Origin: Planctomycetales bacterium
GTDB lineage: Bacteria > 4484-113
Length of the DNA stretch: 64,000 nucleotides
Assembly (NCBI GenBank): GCA_037441675.1
Contig: JBBIRS010000001.1
Location: 256,001-320,000, forward strand
Direction: 5' to 3'
Below the pieces are notes generated by a model. That model was not told the origin of the DNA. It made no database searches and saw only the letters and a program-made list of their open reading frames with translations. A program made the translations under genes and the position numbers. This document shows, piece after piece, positions 10,715-19,044 of the stretch (position 1 is the first letter of the stretch; every line of letters starts with the position of its first letter).

Positions 10715-12450
10715 ACATTATAACGGAAAAGCTAGGCAGAGGCAAGAAACAAGTGCAAGGTTACGAGCTAACCTCTGCGCACGATAGATTTTCCTCAGAG
10801 CTTTTCCAAGATTTTTTTCTTAAGGCGCGTGGATTTTTTGCTGGTTTGTTCCTTGCAACCCTTATCTTCGCGATTTTCTTTAGAATTCTCTTTAACTACT
10901 ACGACCAGTTATTCATCCCGCTGGAGAATCTCTTGCATTTGGTTCTATTTATTCTTCTTCTGTATTTCCTTCCAGTTATCTACTCTATATTTTATGGTCA
11001 AGGCAATCAAAGCTTTAGCCAGAAAGGTTTTGTCAACATTGTTTCCACCGCAGTTCGTATTTTCCGTAATATCCTCAAGCTAGCCTTTCTAGCTACCATC
11101 TCCTTAACCCCGATTACGTTAATGCTTCCGGCAGATTTCATTTCCTGGTTTAGGTTGAATCCCGAGTTGCAGACTATTTGGATTTTATGGGTGGTCGGCT
11201 TTCTTTCAGTCTTCTTTACCTATCTCGTTTTCGTGTTGGCTCTTGGTTTCTTCGTTTTATCTAGCTTAAGAATCACTTGGATTTATCGCCTCATTGCGAT
11301 TTTCTTCATCATTTCAGGTTTGCGTTTAGGTTCATTTAGAGTAGGAGGGGATCTCTGGGCAATTCTTAGGTGGTTGGGCGTTCCCTTCTTTGAAAGCTTC
11401 CGTCTAAGGAATCTTTACCTTATAAGCCTATCCGGTGCTATTCAAGATTTCTTCTACTATCTAAGTAGCCCTCCATTCCTCTTCTTCTTGGATTTCTTAT
11501 CAAATTTCACCTCTACTTTGTTGCTTATCTTCGTGTTGCGTAAATTGTTATTCTCCTCATCTCTGGCTCTTGGGTTATGCTTTCTATCGGTTTTAATCTT
11601 TAATGCTTTTCGTTTGCTCCGCCCCTCTCTTCGCAGATTATCCTCATTTTCCCCAATTCTTACCAGTTCTCATTACCTTTTCATCCAAATTATTTTCTGT
11701 CTCTTTGTACTATTCTCAGTTACTATCTTTATCCTTCGCTACGGCTCATTTCTCACGATGGAAGTTTCAAAGGATCCCTTCCTAGTGAGGAACTTTCCCC
11801 AAGCGGTGCTATTGTTTTCCACAGTGATTTTAATGCTCTATTTGACGATTATATCCGCTGTTTCCAAGCTCAAGAGTTTTAACGCCGAACTTGCGAGTTT
11901 GGCGAGATGTCACTGGTTTCGCATAGTTTACACATTCACCTTTCAAGTGAACTTAATTTTTTTAATCGTATCAAGTTATTTTTCTTTCATTTTAGGTGAA
12001 GTTTTTGGCTCAGATACTTCCGTGTACGCTACCTTAACGTTTCTTCTCATCCTCTTCACAATTTCTTTCCCCCTTTTGGCTTCTCTTCTTGTTCTCGGCT
12101 TATCGTTTCCTGTAATCAATAAGTATCGGTTTCTTCTGGCAGGTTTTTCCTTTGGATTGCTGGCGGAGTTTCTATTATTCGTTTTTCTTCTTCCAAGTGA
12201 AGGTGCGATACTCCTTGGAGGCAGAATTGATCCTTCAGATGTTAAAGCTCTTGTGAGAGTTTATTCAGACTTAAGACTTCTAGAATATTTCGGCTATCTT
12301 GGCAATTTCAAAGGAATAAGTTCATTCTTTGACTTTGCTTTTAAGGAGCCCTCGGGGTTAATTCCAGCTATCTTAGTGCTAGGCTCAATCCTTCTCATAC
12401 CCTTACTTCTCACTCTCTTCTTTTACCGTCTTGCAAAGAAGCTTGCCTAG
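10711..12450 (+). CDS. Hypothetical polytopic membrane protein (permease-like)
   Basis: 579 aa, very Leu/Phe/Ile-rich with many TM segments; ATGA overlap with the upstream gene. Confidence 0.65.
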   Translation: MNIITEKLGRGKKQVQGYELTSAHDRFSSELFQDFFLKARGFFAGLFLATLIFAIFFRILFNYYDQLFIPLENLLHLVLFILLLYFLPVIYSIFYGQGNQSFSQKGFVNIVSTAVRIFRNILKLAFLATISLTPITLMLPADFISWFRLNPELQTIWILWVVGFLSVFFTYLVFVLALGFFVLSSLRITWIYRLIAIFFIISGLRLGSFRVGGDLWAILRWLGVPFFESFRLRNLYLISLSGAIQDFFYYLSSPPFLFFLDFLSNFTSTLLLIFVLRKLLFSSSLALGLCFLSVLIFNAFRLLRPSLRRLSSFSPILTSSHYLFIQIIFCLFVLFSVTIFILRYGSFLTMEVSKDPFLVRNFPQAVLLFSTVILMLYLTIISAVSKLKSFNAELASLARCHWFRIVYTFTFQVNLIFLIVSSYFSFILGEVFGSDTSVYATLTFLLILFTISFPLLASLLVLGLSFPVINKYRFLLAGFSFGLLAEFLLFVFLLPSEGAILLGGRIDPSDVKALVRVYSDLRLLEYFGYLGNFKGISSFFDFAFKEPSGLIPAILVLGSILLIPLLLTLFFYRLAKKLA

Positions 12451-12559
12451 AAAAGAAGGCTTTCCACTGGAATTTAGAATTGCTGAAAGATACTCGGTAT
12501 TGCAGAGATGGATATTACCGCTCGGCTTAATTAAGGCTTTCCTCCTTTACTAAACATTC

Positions 12560-13075
12560 TTATTTCGCTTTCTTCGGAAAGAGTTTCGATGCATAGCTTT
12601 CAAGCTCCTTCAGGGTCATACTGCCTAAAACTATATCAATCACTTTTCCATCTGGTGCAACAATAAATGTGGTAGGAACTCCTTTTAGACGCCATTTCTT
12701 ATAGAGCTTATCATCAAGTGCGTGTATCCAAGGCATTTTCTCTTTTTCCCAAACATCTTTAATGTCTTCAATCTTGTCCCTATATGCGATGCTAATCATA
12801 ACAAGCCCGTTGTTCTTGTTCTTCTCATAAAATGATCTAAAGTCGGGAACCTCCCGAAGACAAGCGCCTCACCAGCTCGCCCAGAAATTGATAATTAGCG
12901 GTTTCTTCCCCACGTAGTTCCCGCTATCAAGCTCCTTCCCGTCAATAGTCGTAAGTTTGAAGCTCGGCATAGTTTTACCAACTTGTGGTTGTTCCAGAGA
13001 GCTGGCGATGTTGCTCGCAATTAAAATCAAAATAAAACCGATAACAAATCCTAATGCAATTTCAAGCTTGCGCAT
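12560..13075 (-). CDS. TlpA/ResA-family thioredoxin-like selenoprotein (UxxC, 171 aa)
   Basis: ORFs 12869..13075 and 12560..12799 share one frame: NFWASW-TGA-GACLREVPDFRSFYEKNKNNGLVMISIAY. The TGA aligns with the first Cys of WCPPC in the neighbouring paralogue. Confidence 0.88.
12843..12871 (-). promoter_or_regulatory. Putative bacterial SECIS element directly after the Sec codon
   Basis: Minus strand reads TGA GGCGCTTGTCT TCGGGA GGT TCCCGA: a 6-bp stem with a G-starting loop 17 nt after the UGA. Confidence 0.7.
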
Positions 13076-13110
13076 AGTTATCCCCTCCAGTTTAATTTAC
13101 AATCGCACTT

Positions 13111-13644
13111 CTACTGACTTTTACTATTCTTCGGGAATAGAGATTTCTCGTATTCCGTCAGCTCATCCAAAGTAAGCGCGCCCACCTTAACCTCAATCAC
13201 ATTGCCATTTTTATCCACAAATACGTTTGTAGGGACACCTCGGTAACCCCACTTCTTGAAGAGTCCATCATCATCAAGAGCGTGAATCCATGGCATTGGC
13301 TCTTTCTTCATAAATGCCTTCATATCATCAAGATTATCGTTCACCGCAAGACTAATAATTACTAGCCCATTTTTCTTGTGGCTTTCATAGAACTTTCTGA
13401 GTTCTGGCACTTCTCTTCTGCAAGGTGGACACCAACTACCCCAGAAATTCACTATTAACGGATTCTTGCCAAGGTATTCATCAATCTTCACCGTCTTGCC
13501 TTCAATAGTCTTGAAGGTAAAGCTCGGTAACTTCTTTCCGGTCTCGGGACGCTTAACCTCCTCCTTCCCGGAAGTAGTTAATGATAAAGCTAGTAAACCA
13601 ATAAACACTGGGAAAATTGCCAATAGCAGAGCTTTCTTCATCAT
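13111..13644 (-). CDS. TlpA/ResA-family thioredoxin-like protein (WCPPC)
   Basis: N-terminal membrane anchor, VNFWGSWCPPCRREVP, cis-Pro motif GVPT. Confidence 0.92.
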   Translation of the reverse strand: MMKKALLLAIFPVFIGLLALSLTTSGKEEVKRPETGKKLPSFTFKTIEGKTVKIDEYLGKNPLIVNFWGSWCPPCRREVPELRKFYESHKKNGLVIISLAVNDNLDDMKAFMKKEPMPWIHALDDDGLFKKWGYRGVPTNVFVDKNGNVIEVKVGALTLDELTEYEKSLFPKNSKSQ

Positions 13645-13731
13645 TTACTCCTGAAATTACTCTATAAGTAATTTTACCTCAAAAACTTGAGATTTTGTCT
13701 TGCTAGCGTGTTGTTTTTTCCTGTTCTGCTT

Positions 13732-14124
13732 CTAAAAATCATCAAGGGAGAACCTTTGCTCCGCCAGCGATGGGTCAACCTCAATTTCGTTTAGCACGTC
13801 CCGGACGTCCTTCGTGTTTCTAGCGATTTCTTCCGCCCTTTTCTTAAGCTGCTCACTTGGTACTTTCCCGCGAATAATCGCTCTAGCATTAACCACCTCA
13901 ACTTCAAGCTTGTTCTGTGCGAGTTCAGGATCGCTTTTCCAGGAAATGGCGATAGCCGCCATAATTGCCAGGTCTCGGGCTTTTAACTCCTCCTCAAGTC
14001 CCGGAACTTGTGCTTTTTTACTGACCGCTCGCTCGCTCTCCGGCGTGAGTTTACAAGAATATGCAAGAAATCCACTCATCAATGTAATCACCGCAATTAG
14101 TCCAAACCTTAAATATCTTTTCAT
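13732..14124 (-). CDS. BON-domain lipoprotein
   Basis: Lipobox-like LAYSC; BON pattern LEVEVVNARAIIRGKVPSEQLKKRAEEIARNTKDVRDVLNEIEV. Confidence 0.8.
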   Translation of the reverse strand: MKRYLRFGLIAVITLMSGFLAYSCKLTPESERAVSKKAQVPGLEEELKARDLAIMAAIAISWKSDPELAQNKLEVEVVNARAIIRGKVPSEQLKKRAEEIARNTKDVRDVLNEIEVDPSLAEQRFSLDDF

Positions 14125-14128
14125 TTCC

Positions 14129-15151
14129 TTACACTCCTAAGCAAGATGAAAGAAAACTATCAAGCTGTTCAAAATTAGTGCTCCCTTTCATCACTACCTT
14201 GCCCTGTGGGAAGATAGTGTATTCCACGCCATTTTCACCGGTTGCCCTTATGAAGAATGGATTTTTTTGCACGCTGAATCCGTTTTTCTTAAGAACCTTC
14301 TCTATTCTATCAATCTCAATTTTAGAATCCCTTATAACCACTTGAAGAGCGTCCGCTCCGCAGATGTTTTCCACGCTGGGAGAGTATCCTCCTGACAAGA
14401 ACTTAAATTCAGCCATAGCGCATACAGGGCAGTCTAAATTCCTCTCAGGAGCTGGAATGATGTCGACTTTAAGGTTTTCCGCGTTTAGGCGATAGAGTTG
14501 TACCTGGAAGTTTTCAATGTCTGCCACTAACCTTACTGCGATATCAACCTCAACCGCTGCTATCATCTGTACAATTGCAGGATCCATCCCAACCTCAGAG
14601 CAGGAAGGCGCTTCTCCCACTTGAGGGATAATCGGGATAAGGCATCTCAAGCAAGGTCCTTGAGCTGGGATAATCGGCATCACCACGCCATTCTCACCAG
14701 CTGTTCCAGCATAAATGTAAGCTTTTCGCAATTTGACCGCTACTTCATTAACCAGAAATCGGGTTCTGAAGTTATCCAAGCCATCAAGAATAATATCCAC
14801 CCCCCCAAGTATCTCCTCCGCATTTTTTTCAGATAACGCTTGAGTGTGGACTGTTACCCTAATTTTGGAATTTTGCTTTGTAATAGCATCAGCTACCGCC
14901 TCTGCCTTGAAGGTCTGTGTTCGAAGCATATCTTCGGTAAAGTTAGATGATGTTCCGAGATTCTCAACGGTTACAATGTCCCTGTCGATTAGGATAAGTT
15001 TCCCAAATCCAATAGCGCCAGCCAATCTCGCCACAGAGCTACCCAGTGCGCCCACACCGATAACTGCGCAAGTAGTTTCACTCAACATGGCGCGAACTTG
15101 TGAGCTATACTTTCGCAACGGGTCAAGCCTAACATAACGCGCCTTTTCCAT
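14129..15151 (-). CDS. ThiF/MoeB-family adenylyltransferase
   Basis: VIGVGALGS, IDRDIV, DGLDNFRTR and Zn ligands CLRC and CPVC. Confidence 0.88.
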   Translation of the reverse strand: MEKARYVRLDPLRKYSSQVRAMLSETTCAVIGVGALGSSVARLAGAIGFGKLILIDRDIVTVENLGTSSNFTEDMLRTQTFKAEAVADAITKQNSKIRVTVHTQALSEKNAEEILGGVDIILDGLDNFRTRFLVNEVAVKLRKAYIYAGTAGENGVVMPIIPAQGPCLRCLIPIIPQVGEAPSCSEVGMDPAIVQMIAAVEVDIAVRLVADIENFQVQLYRLNAENLKVDIIPAPERNLDCPVCAMAEFKFLSGGYSPSVENICGADALQVVIRDSKIEIDRIEKVLKKNGFSVQKNPFFIRATGENGVEYTIFPQGKVVMKGSTNFEQLDSFLSSCLGV

Positions 15152-15207
15152 CTCATCAAATGATAACTCAAGTCCTTATCTGGTTGGGTTTTTGTATTAC
15201 GCTGTTT

Positions 15208-16368
15208 TCAAATAACAGCCTGTTCGTGGAGTGGGCTTTCTCCATCCTTAAATCTTGTGATTGAAAGCGGTGAAATATCAAAGCATCTCGCAGTACCTTC
15301 TACGATTAACTCCGCGATGGCTTTCGTGGTTATTGGAGAGTGCATTGCGCCATGCCCGGAAAATCCAGCCGCAATGAATAGATTTGAAAATTGGGGTATT
15401 CTTCCCAATATTGAGTGATGGTCTGGTGTGGTGTCGTAAAAACCTGCCCAACCATCCCGAAGATTGGCTTCTTCTAGTACGGGGAATCTTCTTAGCGCCA
15501 TCTCTGCGACTAAGAATCTGAACTCCGGATCCACGCTGTAGTTAAAACCTGGTGGCTCGTCTTTGTTGCTATAACCAAGCAAGAATCCTCCAGATTCGCT
15601 CTTCACGTATAACCCCGTCCCCATATCAATCATCAACGGCACTTCTTGACGCATACCATCAAAAGGCTCCGTATCAAATACCTGTCTTCTAATTGGAACT
15701 ATTGGAATAGAAAGCCCGAGGAGTTTGCCAATTTCACCGCTCCATGCGCCAGCGGCAATTACAACTGCCTCCGCTTCAATCTCGCCAGCCTTCTCTGTTT
15801 TTACCACTCTCACCTTATCATCCTTAGTCTCAAATCCCACAACCTCCGCCTCGTATAATGCGATTCCATCTGCCTCTAGAAAGAAGTTTGAATACGCGAG
15901 CATAAATTCGTAAGGGTCAAAGTAACCATCCGTTGGACAGTATGTCCCCCCGATAATATCCTCTGTATTAACCTGTTCACATATTTCCTTGACTCGCTTG
16001 GCGCCTTCAAAGAACTCAACTTGAACCCCGAATTCCTTTTGCAAGGAGATATTTCTGGATAAAGCTTCCAAATGCTCTGGCTTAGTAGCCATGAACATAT
16101 AGCCGAATTGTTTTACCTCAGGCTGAACCCCCACCTCTTCCTTAAAGTTAGTCAGGATACGAATAGACTTCACGCTCATTTCAATATTTGGTTTAGTAGA
16201 GAATTGAACGCGGAATCCGCCAGCGCTCTTCCCCGTGGAATGAAGTCCAGGCATCTTCTCCTTCTCTAGGACAACTACGCTCTTCTCTCCAAGCTTAACA
16301 AGGTTAGCAGCTATTCCAAATCCTATGAGCCCCCCGCCGATTATAGCAACTTTATATACAGGCGACAT
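15208..16368 (-). CDS. FAD-dependent oxidoreductase (DAO / sarcosine oxidase beta family)
   Basis: IIGGGLIG, STGKSAGG, IAAGAWS, TPDHHSILG, AGFSGHG. Confidence 0.9.
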   Translation of the reverse strand: MSPVYKVAIIGGGLIGFGIAANLVKLGEKSVVVLEKEKMPGLHSTGKSAGGFRVQFSTKPNIEMSVKSIRILTNFKEEVGVQPEVKQFGYMFMATKPEHLEALSRNISLQKEFGVQVEFFEGAKRVKEICEQVNTEDIIGGTYCPTDGYFDPYEFMLAYSNFFLEADGIALYEAEVVGFETKDDKVRVVKTEKAGEIEAEAVVIAAGAWSGEIGKLLGLSIPIVPIRRQVFDTEPFDGMRQEVPLMIDMGTGLYVKSESGGFLLGYSNKDEPPGFNYSVDPEFRFLVAEMALRRFPVLEEANLRDGWAGFYDTTPDHHSILGRIPQFSNLFIAAGFSGHGAMHSPITTKAIAELIVEGTARCFDISPLSITRFKDGESPLHEQAVI

Positions 16369-16478
16369 TGGCTTGACTTGGTAGGCTTAATTCCCCTTCC
16401 GCCAAGCATCATCCTCAAGCTAAGAAATTTGCGGAAGCATCAGAAAAAAACCAAAGACATTTTTGCAACTTTGAATTT

Positions 16479-17360
16479 CTACTTAAGCCAGTACTGCCTC
16501 TTTACCTTAAGCCTCTCCTTCGCAGGAAACATCTCGCCAAGTGCCTCCATAAACTCAACAAATTCAAGATCAATCATTCTCAGTATTTGATACTGTTGAA
16601 GTTTTGTTAGCTCCTTATATTCAAACATCTCCGGGTTGGAAAGCACGAGCGAGAATTTCACAGGTATCTCGTTTAATAATAGCTCCTCAATCCTAGAGAT
16701 ATCCTGGTCATTAAATCTAAATGCGATAACCCACCGATATGCGTTCACCAGGGGGTCCCATTCCTGGTCCTTCAGAACCACCTTTTCAGGATAGTATAGG
16801 TAATCTCCTTCAACATCAACAAAGAATGGTCTAGCTCCACCTTCGTAGATTAACTCTTCTTTCGTTGGATACTGACGCCTTTCCTTTGCCATTTGATTCC
16901 TAGCTCGCTCAACGTGCTTTTCCAGTTTTTGGGAACCGTACTCCAGATGAACGTAATCCTCAAAATTCACTAGCTCATTAACGAAGTAGCGATTTGAAAT
17001 GCCGGGAGCTTTGAAGTAAAGAATAACAATTGCCTCTCTTCCCTGGGGCGTGATGTCTAAAAAGTAATTTATTACTTCTTGAGTTTTTCCAGCATCGGTA
17101 ATGTTATTTGCGTCAATGACTCTTTGGATTTGATCCTTGATAAGCTCCCTAGTTACAACGTAGCTGTAAACGTGGTAGCCGAGCTTCTTGTCCCAGTATA
17201 GATGCATTCTTTGACCTGGGTAACGTGAAAGCGACCAATCGTATGAAAGCTTTGTGCGCGAAGGAATTGCAGGTCTAAAGTCTTCAGGTTTGAATGGTTG
17301 CGCGGAAGCTATCAAAGAAAAAAGTGCCACGCATACAGCACTGGATAAAACAGTCCTCAT
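16479..17360 (-). CDS. Hypothetical secreted protein
   Basis: Signal peptide ending ASA-Q; GGAGAGG RBS upstream; no recognised domain. Confidence 0.7.
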   Translation of the reverse strand: MRTVLSSAVCVALFSLIASAQPFKPEDFRPAIPSRTKLSYDWSLSRYPGQRMHLYWDKKLGYHVYSYVVTRELIKDQIQRVIDANNITDAGKTQEVINYFLDITPQGREAIVILYFKAPGISNRYFVNELVNFEDYVHLEYGSQKLEKHVERARNQMAKERRQYPTKEELIYEGGARPFFVDVEGDYLYYPEKVVLKDQEWDPLVNAYRWVIAFRFNDQDISRIEELLLNEIPVKFSLVLSNPEMFEYKELTKLQQYQILRMIDLEFVEFMEALGEMFPAKERLKVKRQYWLK

Positions 17361-17585
17361 AGTGCCCTCTCCAAAGTTTGCTTAAAAATCCCGATTGAAA
17401 TTCTACCACTATTTTATCTTTTGAGCAAACTAGCCTACCTTAGCGGTGCGTAGTTCAAGAGGCTAAGGAGGTTGCTCGTATCATTTCAAAATATCTCAAA
17501 CCAAACCCAAAAACATCTGAAGACAAATGGCGTTATCCTTTGCCATAGGAGCGTCAAAATCTAGAGTTGCATTCACATTCACTGA

Positions 17586-18461
17586 CTAGTGTGTTACCAC
17601 GCCTTCTATGCCGAAGAGTTTTCCAAGAACCTTACCCACGAAAAAGGTAGCAACAGCAGTTCCAAGCATTAGCACTGTTGCCTCCAAGAACTCTCTCAAA
17701 AAGTTCCTATCAAAAACGACAGCGCTATAGAAGGTGAGCAGAGCAATCATCAATATCCCAATAATAACGGACACTAAAAAGGCAAGCGCCATATCAGCGG
17801 TTAAGAAGTATGGAAGTGCAAGCATTACTACCGAAACGATGTAGCTGAACCCTGTTGCAAATGCAGAGGTTATAGCGGAACGCTCTGGGTCTTGCTTTGC
17901 CTGAATGTAAGATGCGGAGCCCATTGAAATCGCTGCTGCGAAACCTACTATCAATCCTGAAATTCCAGCGACCAGAGTTGAGCCGGTCACTCCAAGGAAT
18001 CCCGCGTGGACGCCGGTAATCTCAACAATGGCATCAGCAAGCCCAAGGGCGATGAACCCAATGTACTTTATAATTTTATCTTTTAGCTGGCTGATGAAAA
18101 ACTTTTCATGCTCCTCCTCGTCCCTGATGAGGTTTACAAGCTCATCTTTATGAACCTCTGGAATTTCAGCAAGTGCTTTCTTATACTCTTCTAAAACCCT
18201 ATGCTCATGGCGCTCTAGAAACTTCAGTTCGAACGTCAATCCGAGAACGTATCTCATAGAGAAGAACAGCGCCAAGAGTGCCTTGTTCACCTTTGGCTCA
18301 TAGCCTTGCCCAAACTTCGCCCAGAAAGTGTAGTGAGCATACTCCTGCGCGGATAGCTTTTCTAGCATCTCTCTGTTATGCGAATTTCTTTCTCGCTTAG
18401 CTAGTTTCTGATAGAGCAGGTAATCCGCGTATTCATCATAAATATATTCCTTGGGTTTCAT
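17586..18461 (-). CDS. Ferritin/rubrerythrin-like domain fused to VIT1/CCC1 iron/manganese transporter domain
   Basis: N-terminal ExxH di-iron motifs (QEYAH, EEEH) and VIT1-like LGLADAIVE...AAAISMGS. Confidence 0.82.
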   Translation of the reverse strand: MKPKEYIYDEYADYLLYQKLAKRERNSHNREMLEKLSAQEYAHYTFWAKFGQGYEPKVNKALLALFFSMRYVLGLTFELKFLERHEHRVLEEYKKALAEIPEVHKDELVNLIRDEEEHEKFFISQLKDKIIKYIGFIALGLADAIVEITGVHAGFLGVTGSTLVAGISGLIVGFAAAISMGSASYIQAKQDPERSAITSAFATGFSYIVSVVMLALPYFLTADMALAFLVSVIIGILMIALLTFYSAVVFDRNFLREFLEATVLMLGTAVATFFVGKVLGKLFGIEGVVTH

Positions 18462-18639
18462 TAGGCAAAATTAGAAGATGAGTAAATCGTAAACCGCAAA
18501 AATTCTCATACCGCTTTACTCCACCGCATAATTACGCGCATAAACATAAATAAAATCACTAATTTCAGCAAAAAATAGCTGAGCTAAATTTTCCTCACGG
18601 TAGCCTGCAAGGCATCATACCCAGAGCTAATCTTAAGTT

Positions 18640-18712
18640 TACCCTGGGCGGGAATTGAACCCGCAACCCCCCGCTTAGGAGGCGGATGCTCTGTCCGTTG
18701 AGCTACCAGGGC
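18640..18712 (-). tRNA. tRNA-Arg (anticodon CCT), CCA not encoded
   Basis: GCCCTGGTAGCTCAACGGACAGAGCATCCGCCTCCTAAGCGGGGGGTTGCGGGTTCAATTCCCGCCCAGGGTA folds as a cloverleaf with anticodon loop CTCCTAA. Confidence 0.95.
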
Positions 18713-18803
18713 GCTTCTTTCATTTTACCACGCAGAATCTTCCTCCCTTGGCGTTTATTTATGTTACTCTTTTCTCACCCTTTTGTCTTTCAAATTGGGA
18801 AAA

Positions 18804-18877
18804 CACGCCCGGCAGGATTCGAACCTGCGGCCTTCTGTTCCGTAGACAGACGCTCTAATCCTCTGAGCTACGGGCGC
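18804..18877 (-). tRNA. tRNA-Arg (anticodon ACG), CCA not encoded
   Basis: GCGCCCGTAGCTCAGAGGATTAGAGCGTCTGTCTACGGAACAGAAGGCCGCAGGTTCGAATCCTGCCGGGCGTG; anticodon loop CTACGGA. Confidence 0.95.
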
Positions 18878-18906
18878 TTCAACACTTTCCTCTTATGCCT
18901 ACCCCA

Positions 18907-18935
18907 ATGATAATTCTACTAAAATTGTCTGTCAA
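18907..18935 (-). promoter_or_regulatory. Sigma-70-type promoter of the tRNA-Arg pair
   Basis: Minus strand TTGACA-N17-TATCAT about 30 nt upstream of the first tRNA. Confidence 0.7.
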
Positions 18936-19044
18936 TTCACTTAAATCAATTATAAAGCGTTAATTCCCCATTCTGGATAATCTTATATCTAGATGAACCT
19001 CCTCTTGAGTAAACTTGAATTCTCGGCAATAATCTATTTAGCTT

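Noticed and set aside
12560..13075. Pseudogene or two small genes
   Set aside because: The only interruption is a TGA at the catalytic Cys followed by a SECIS-like hairpin; the rest of the frame is intact.
14129..16368. Thiamine thiazole cluster (thiF + thiO)
   Set aside because: No thiS, thiG or TPP riboswitch nearby; the oxidase looks like a generic sarcosine-oxidase-beta family member.
18640..18877. tRNA used as an island integration site; ORF 18686..18910
   Set aside because: I saw no integrase or duplicated tRNA 3' end; the ORF is the antisense of the tRNAs.
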